DNA from: a virus
DNA: 35,674 nucleotides
Virus genome (UHGV): UHGV-0134856
Direction: 5' to 3' (one strand)
Of this stretch, positions 33,353 to 35,674 are shown in pieces. Numbering within the stretch: the first letter of the stretch is position 1; each line of letters starts with the position of its first letter. The translations under genes were made by a program, and so were the position numbers. The notes below the pieces were generated by a model. The model was given only the letters and a program-made list of their open reading frames with translations. It had not been told where the DNA came from and ran no database searches.

Positions 33353-33909
33353 GCAAGGTAACCGCAATCGCATTAGCAAATGATTACTCCAGCCTGTTAA
33401 ATCTGCTGGAAACCTCTGACGAGTTAACGCCAGAAATGATCGCCGACACCCTGGAAGGGATTGAAGGTGAGCTGGCCGATCGCCTGGATGCAGTTATGGT
33501 GGTGGCGCGTAACAACCTGGGCAACGCGAAAACCTGTGAAGAAGAGATGAAGCGTCTGGCTGAGCGCAAAAAATCTTTCGAAAATAAAGACAAGCACCTC
33601 CGCAAGTATATTCTGTCATGCCTGTTAGGCGCTGGACTGGATAAGCTGAAAACCCCCAGAAACACCTTTACTGCTCGTCAGGGTACTGTAAGCGTGGTGG
33701 TCGACAATGTTGATGCGTTACCTGACGAAGTGGTCACAGTTCAGACAGTAATCGCCCCTGACAAGAAGGCCATCAAAGAAAGGATAGAGGCAGCCGAAGC
33801 TGCAGCGGAACAAATCAGAGCCGATGGTGGCGAGGTACCGGAAGAGTTGCTTAATCCGGTACCGGGTGCGCATCTTGAAGTCGGCGAACGTTCATTACAG
33901 GTGCGCTAA
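33349..33909 (+). CDS. Siphovirus Gp157-family protein (commonly paired with Erf/Sak recombinases)
   Basis: IADTLEGIEGELADRLDAV...EEEMKRLAERKKSFENKDKHLRKYI fits the Gp157 family pattern; 4-nt overlap with the upstream erf-like gene. Confidence 0.6.
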   Translation: MSKVTAIALANDYSSLLNLLETSDELTPEMIADTLEGIEGELADRLDAVMVVARNNLGNAKTCEEEMKRLAERKKSFENKDKHLRKYILSCLLGAGLDKLKTPRNTFTARQGTVSVVVDNVDALPDEVVTVQTVIAPDKKAIKERIEAAEAAAEQIRADGGEVPEELLNPVPGAHLEVGERSLQVR

Positions 33910-33911
33910 TC

Positions 33912-34094
33912 ATGCTGAAACTAACTCTCAAAAGAGGTGATGCGGTACACGTGGTGTTTCCGGATGGAACAAACGGGATCATCGAAGCGCGTAGCCGCAG
34001 CGAACTGGGGTTACATCTTCCGGATAACGTCAAGGTTACACGAGAGAAAGGCGCGTTTCTGAAAGATAACCTGATTAAGCGTAATCAGAATTAA
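33912..34094 (+). CDS. CsrA/RsmA-like small protein (60 aa)
   Basis: MLKLTLKRGD vs CsrA MLILTRRVGE; GLHLPDNVKVTREK vs GVNAPKEVSVHREE (the Gly, Pro, V-x-V and R-E positions line up with the CsrA RNA-binding segment); same length as CsrA (61 aa). Confidence 0.45.
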   Translation: MLKLTLKRGDAVHVVFPDGTNGIIEARSRSELGLHLPDNVKVTREKGAFLKDNLIKRNQN

Positions 34095-34144
34095 TCCCTC
34101 TCAGCCGATAGCATTGTGGCCTCAAACACCTAATGGAGGCCGCA

Positions 34145-34369
34145 ATGCTGCACTGGCAACCCGGAGCAATTCTGCTCTCAGACTTTGATACCAAGATCGG
34201 AAAATTATCAGCGAGCGTACGAAAGAAGACCCTGACCAGGTCGGATATAGAGCGCGCCTGTAGAGACGCTGACGATGCGATATACCGCATGTTGAGGAAA
34301 GACCATGAGACACGATCACGACATTATCACCCGAGAAGAGATGATAGAACTGACGGGGACTCCGCTTAA
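34145..34369 (+). CDS. Hypothetical protein (75 aa); C-terminus overlaps the xis-like gene
   Basis: Strong GGAGG RBS before Met 34145; low-complexity C-terminal tail overlaps the next gene by 65 nt in another frame, so doubtful. Confidence 0.3.
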   Translation: MLHWQPGAILLSDFDTKIGKLSASVRKKTLTRSDIERACRDADDAIYRMLRKDHETRSRHYHPRRDDRTDGDSA

Positions 34370-34553
34370 ATCAAAACAGTGCGACGCTCTGCGTCGAGCC
34401 GGGATATTCTTTATGGAAAGAGCGGACGGCCACCCTAAAACAACATGGGGGCATTTCATGAACCCCATTAAATACCGCAACCAGGAAATCACTCCGGTGC
34501 GCGAGGATGAAGAACCAGACTTCGGAGCCGTATTTGATGGCCGGAAAGCGTAA
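34305..34553 (+). CDS. Excisionase-like small DNA-binding protein (82 aa)
   Basis: Immediately upstream of and overlapping int; GAGGAAAGACC-ATG RBS; basic; size and position typical of Xis. Confidence 0.5.
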   Translation: MRHDHDIITREEMIELTGTPLKSKQCDALRRAGIFFMERADGHPKTTWGHFMNPIKYRNQEITPVREDEEPDFGAVFDGRKA

Positions 34554-35553
34554 AAACCCCGCTGACAGCTGGATGCCACCGCGTGTATATCGCGGCAAAG
34601 CTGCTTATGAATTTCGGACTAAAGATAACAAAGCCGTTCGCCTGTGCGCTCTTAACGAAACGCAAGCATCGGTATGGCTGGCGTATGAAAAAGCCGTTGG
34701 CGAAGAAGTCAGGAAAAATACATTCCAAACCCTCGCAGATATGTTTATGGCCTCCCCCGACTTTATGGATTTATCACCGGAAACCAGAAAGGATTACACG
34801 AAATATTCGGGTAAGGTATTACCCGTTTTTGGCAAAACAGACCCCAATAAAATAAAGCCCGAGCACATTCGGCGTTATATGGATCAGCGTGGTATTTCCA
34901 GCCGAACGCAGGCAAACAGGGAAAAGAGTTTCCTTTCACGGGTATTTCGTTGGGGCTACGAACGCGGATATGTAGAAAGAAACCCATGTCAGGGGGTTAA
35001 GCAATTCAAGGAAGTATCACGCGAGCGCTATGTGACAGATGAAGAATACAAAGCGGTATATGAGGTTGGGGCTGATGTGGTCAGAGCTGCAATGGAAATC
35101 GCTTATTTATGCGTTGCCAGGCAAAGCGATGTCCTGTCTTTAAGTGAAGAGCAGATTAGCGATATGGGGATATTTATCCGCCAGGGTAAAACTGGCGTGA
35201 AGCAGATCAAAGCATGGACACCCCGTTTACGCGCAGCGGTTTCGCTGGCGCGCGCACTGCCTCTAAAGCCAGGCATAAGGAGTCTGTTTCTTATCCATCA
35301 GCCCAGTGGAAGCAAATACACCCGTGATGGTTTTAACTCGCGCTGGCGTGAGGCAAAGCTGGCAGCCCAGGCTAAATACCCTCACCTGTCGATTGATTTC
35401 ACTTTCCACGATCTTAAAGCAAAAGGCATCTCTGATCTCGAGGGTAGCCTCGAAGAGAAACAGGCAATCTCCGGCCATAAAAACTCGAGACAAACAGCAA
35501 TTTATGACAGGAAGGTAAAAGTGGTGCCGGTAGTTGGAGGGCAAAAAAACTGA
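34507..35553 (+). CDS. int: Tyrosine site-specific integrase (lambda Int family)
   Basis: N-terminal arm-binding-like MPPRVYRGKAAYEF, core-binding and catalytic domains with R...HxxR...Y arrangement; alternative start at Met 34537. Confidence 0.9.
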   Translation: MKNQTSEPYLMAGKRKNPADSWMPPRVYRGKAAYEFRTKDNKAVRLCALNETQASVWLAYEKAVGEEVRKNTFQTLADMFMASPDFMDLSPETRKDYTKYSGKVLPVFGKTDPNKIKPEHIRRYMDQRGISSRTQANREKSFLSRVFRWGYERGYVERNPCQGVKQFKEVSRERYVTDEEYKAVYEVGADVVRAAMEIAYLCVARQSDVLSLSEEQISDMGIFIRQGKTGVKQIKAWTPRLRAAVSLARALPLKPGIRSLFLIHQPSGSKYTRDGFNSRWREAKLAAQAKYPHLSIDFTFHDLKAKGISDLEGSLEEKQAISGHKNSRQTAIYDRKVKVVPVVGGQKN

Positions 35554-35616
35554 TTGGATATGCGTTCGACGTAAATTCATCTTCGGACGCATCTTCGGAA
35601 AAACAATTTTCTGGCA

Positions 35617-35640
35617 TAAAAAAACCACCTTTCGGTGGTT
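35617..35640 (-). terminator. Leftward intrinsic terminator at the prophage right end (blocks read-in from the flanking host side)
   Basis: AACCACC-tttc-GGTGGTT stem followed by T6 on the minus strand. Confidence 0.6.
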
Positions 35641-35674
35641 TACACGACACTGCTTATCATTGATTTTATTCTAG

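Larger units (their letters stand above)
9..35674. mobile_element. Integrated temperate prophage: T7-supergroup structural and packaging module, lambdoid/Rac-like immunity, tRNA-Leu att, integrase at right end
   Basis: Contiguous phage modules (lysis, tail, terminase, head, replication, immunity, recombination, int) bounded by a tRNA-Leu 3' fragment at left and the integrase at right. Confidence 0.85.

Overview
The window holds essentially one complete temperate prophage of about 35.6 kb. At the left edge, a 55-nt 3' fragment of tRNA-Leu(UAA) lies on the minus strand (the att identity block). At the right edge a lambda-type tyrosine integrase is followed by a leftward terminator and repeats. 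Most of the prophage (about 200-21300, minus strand) is a virion, packaging and lysis module with T7-supergroup gene content and order. In transcription order it runs: gp6.7-like protein, gp8-like portal, gp9-like scaffold, capsid bracketed by two intrinsic terminators, gp11/gp12-like tail tubular proteins, a GNAT acetyltransferase, three internal virion proteins (one with an SLT lytic transglycosylase domain), T7-type small and large terminase, a gp17-N-terminal-type tailspike with a beta-helix depolymerase domain, then holin, SAR endolysin and overlapped spanins. No phage RNA polymerase gene is present. A 16-bp hairpin motif, GGTCGGAATCCCGACC, recurs five times at the heads of the late transcription units. 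The early region (21400-30000) is lambdoid and Rac-like. It has a CI-like repressor (+) divergent from a Cro/YdaS-like gene and a YdaT-type CII analogue, with mirrored promoter-operator modules on both sides of cI. It also has an O-like initiator carrying internal iterons, a DnaB-family helicase, and a nin-like accessory cluster (Lar, ASCH/DUF3850, DUF1367-like, Ref-type HNH). The rightward PL-like operon (30100-35550, plus strand) has a repeat-rich leader with a nut-like boxA/boxB element and an attenuator hairpin. It then encodes two small proteins, an unusually long ERF-family annealing protein (737 aa, with a hexanucleotide microsatellite), a Gp157-family protein, a 60-aa CsrA/RsmA-like protein, an excisionase-like protein and the integrase. 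Two morons are present: an AT-rich acyltransferase-3 (O-antigen acetylase-type) cassette on the opposite strand between tailspike and lysis genes, and the GNAT gene inside the virion module. There is no CRISPR array, rRNA or intact tRNA.
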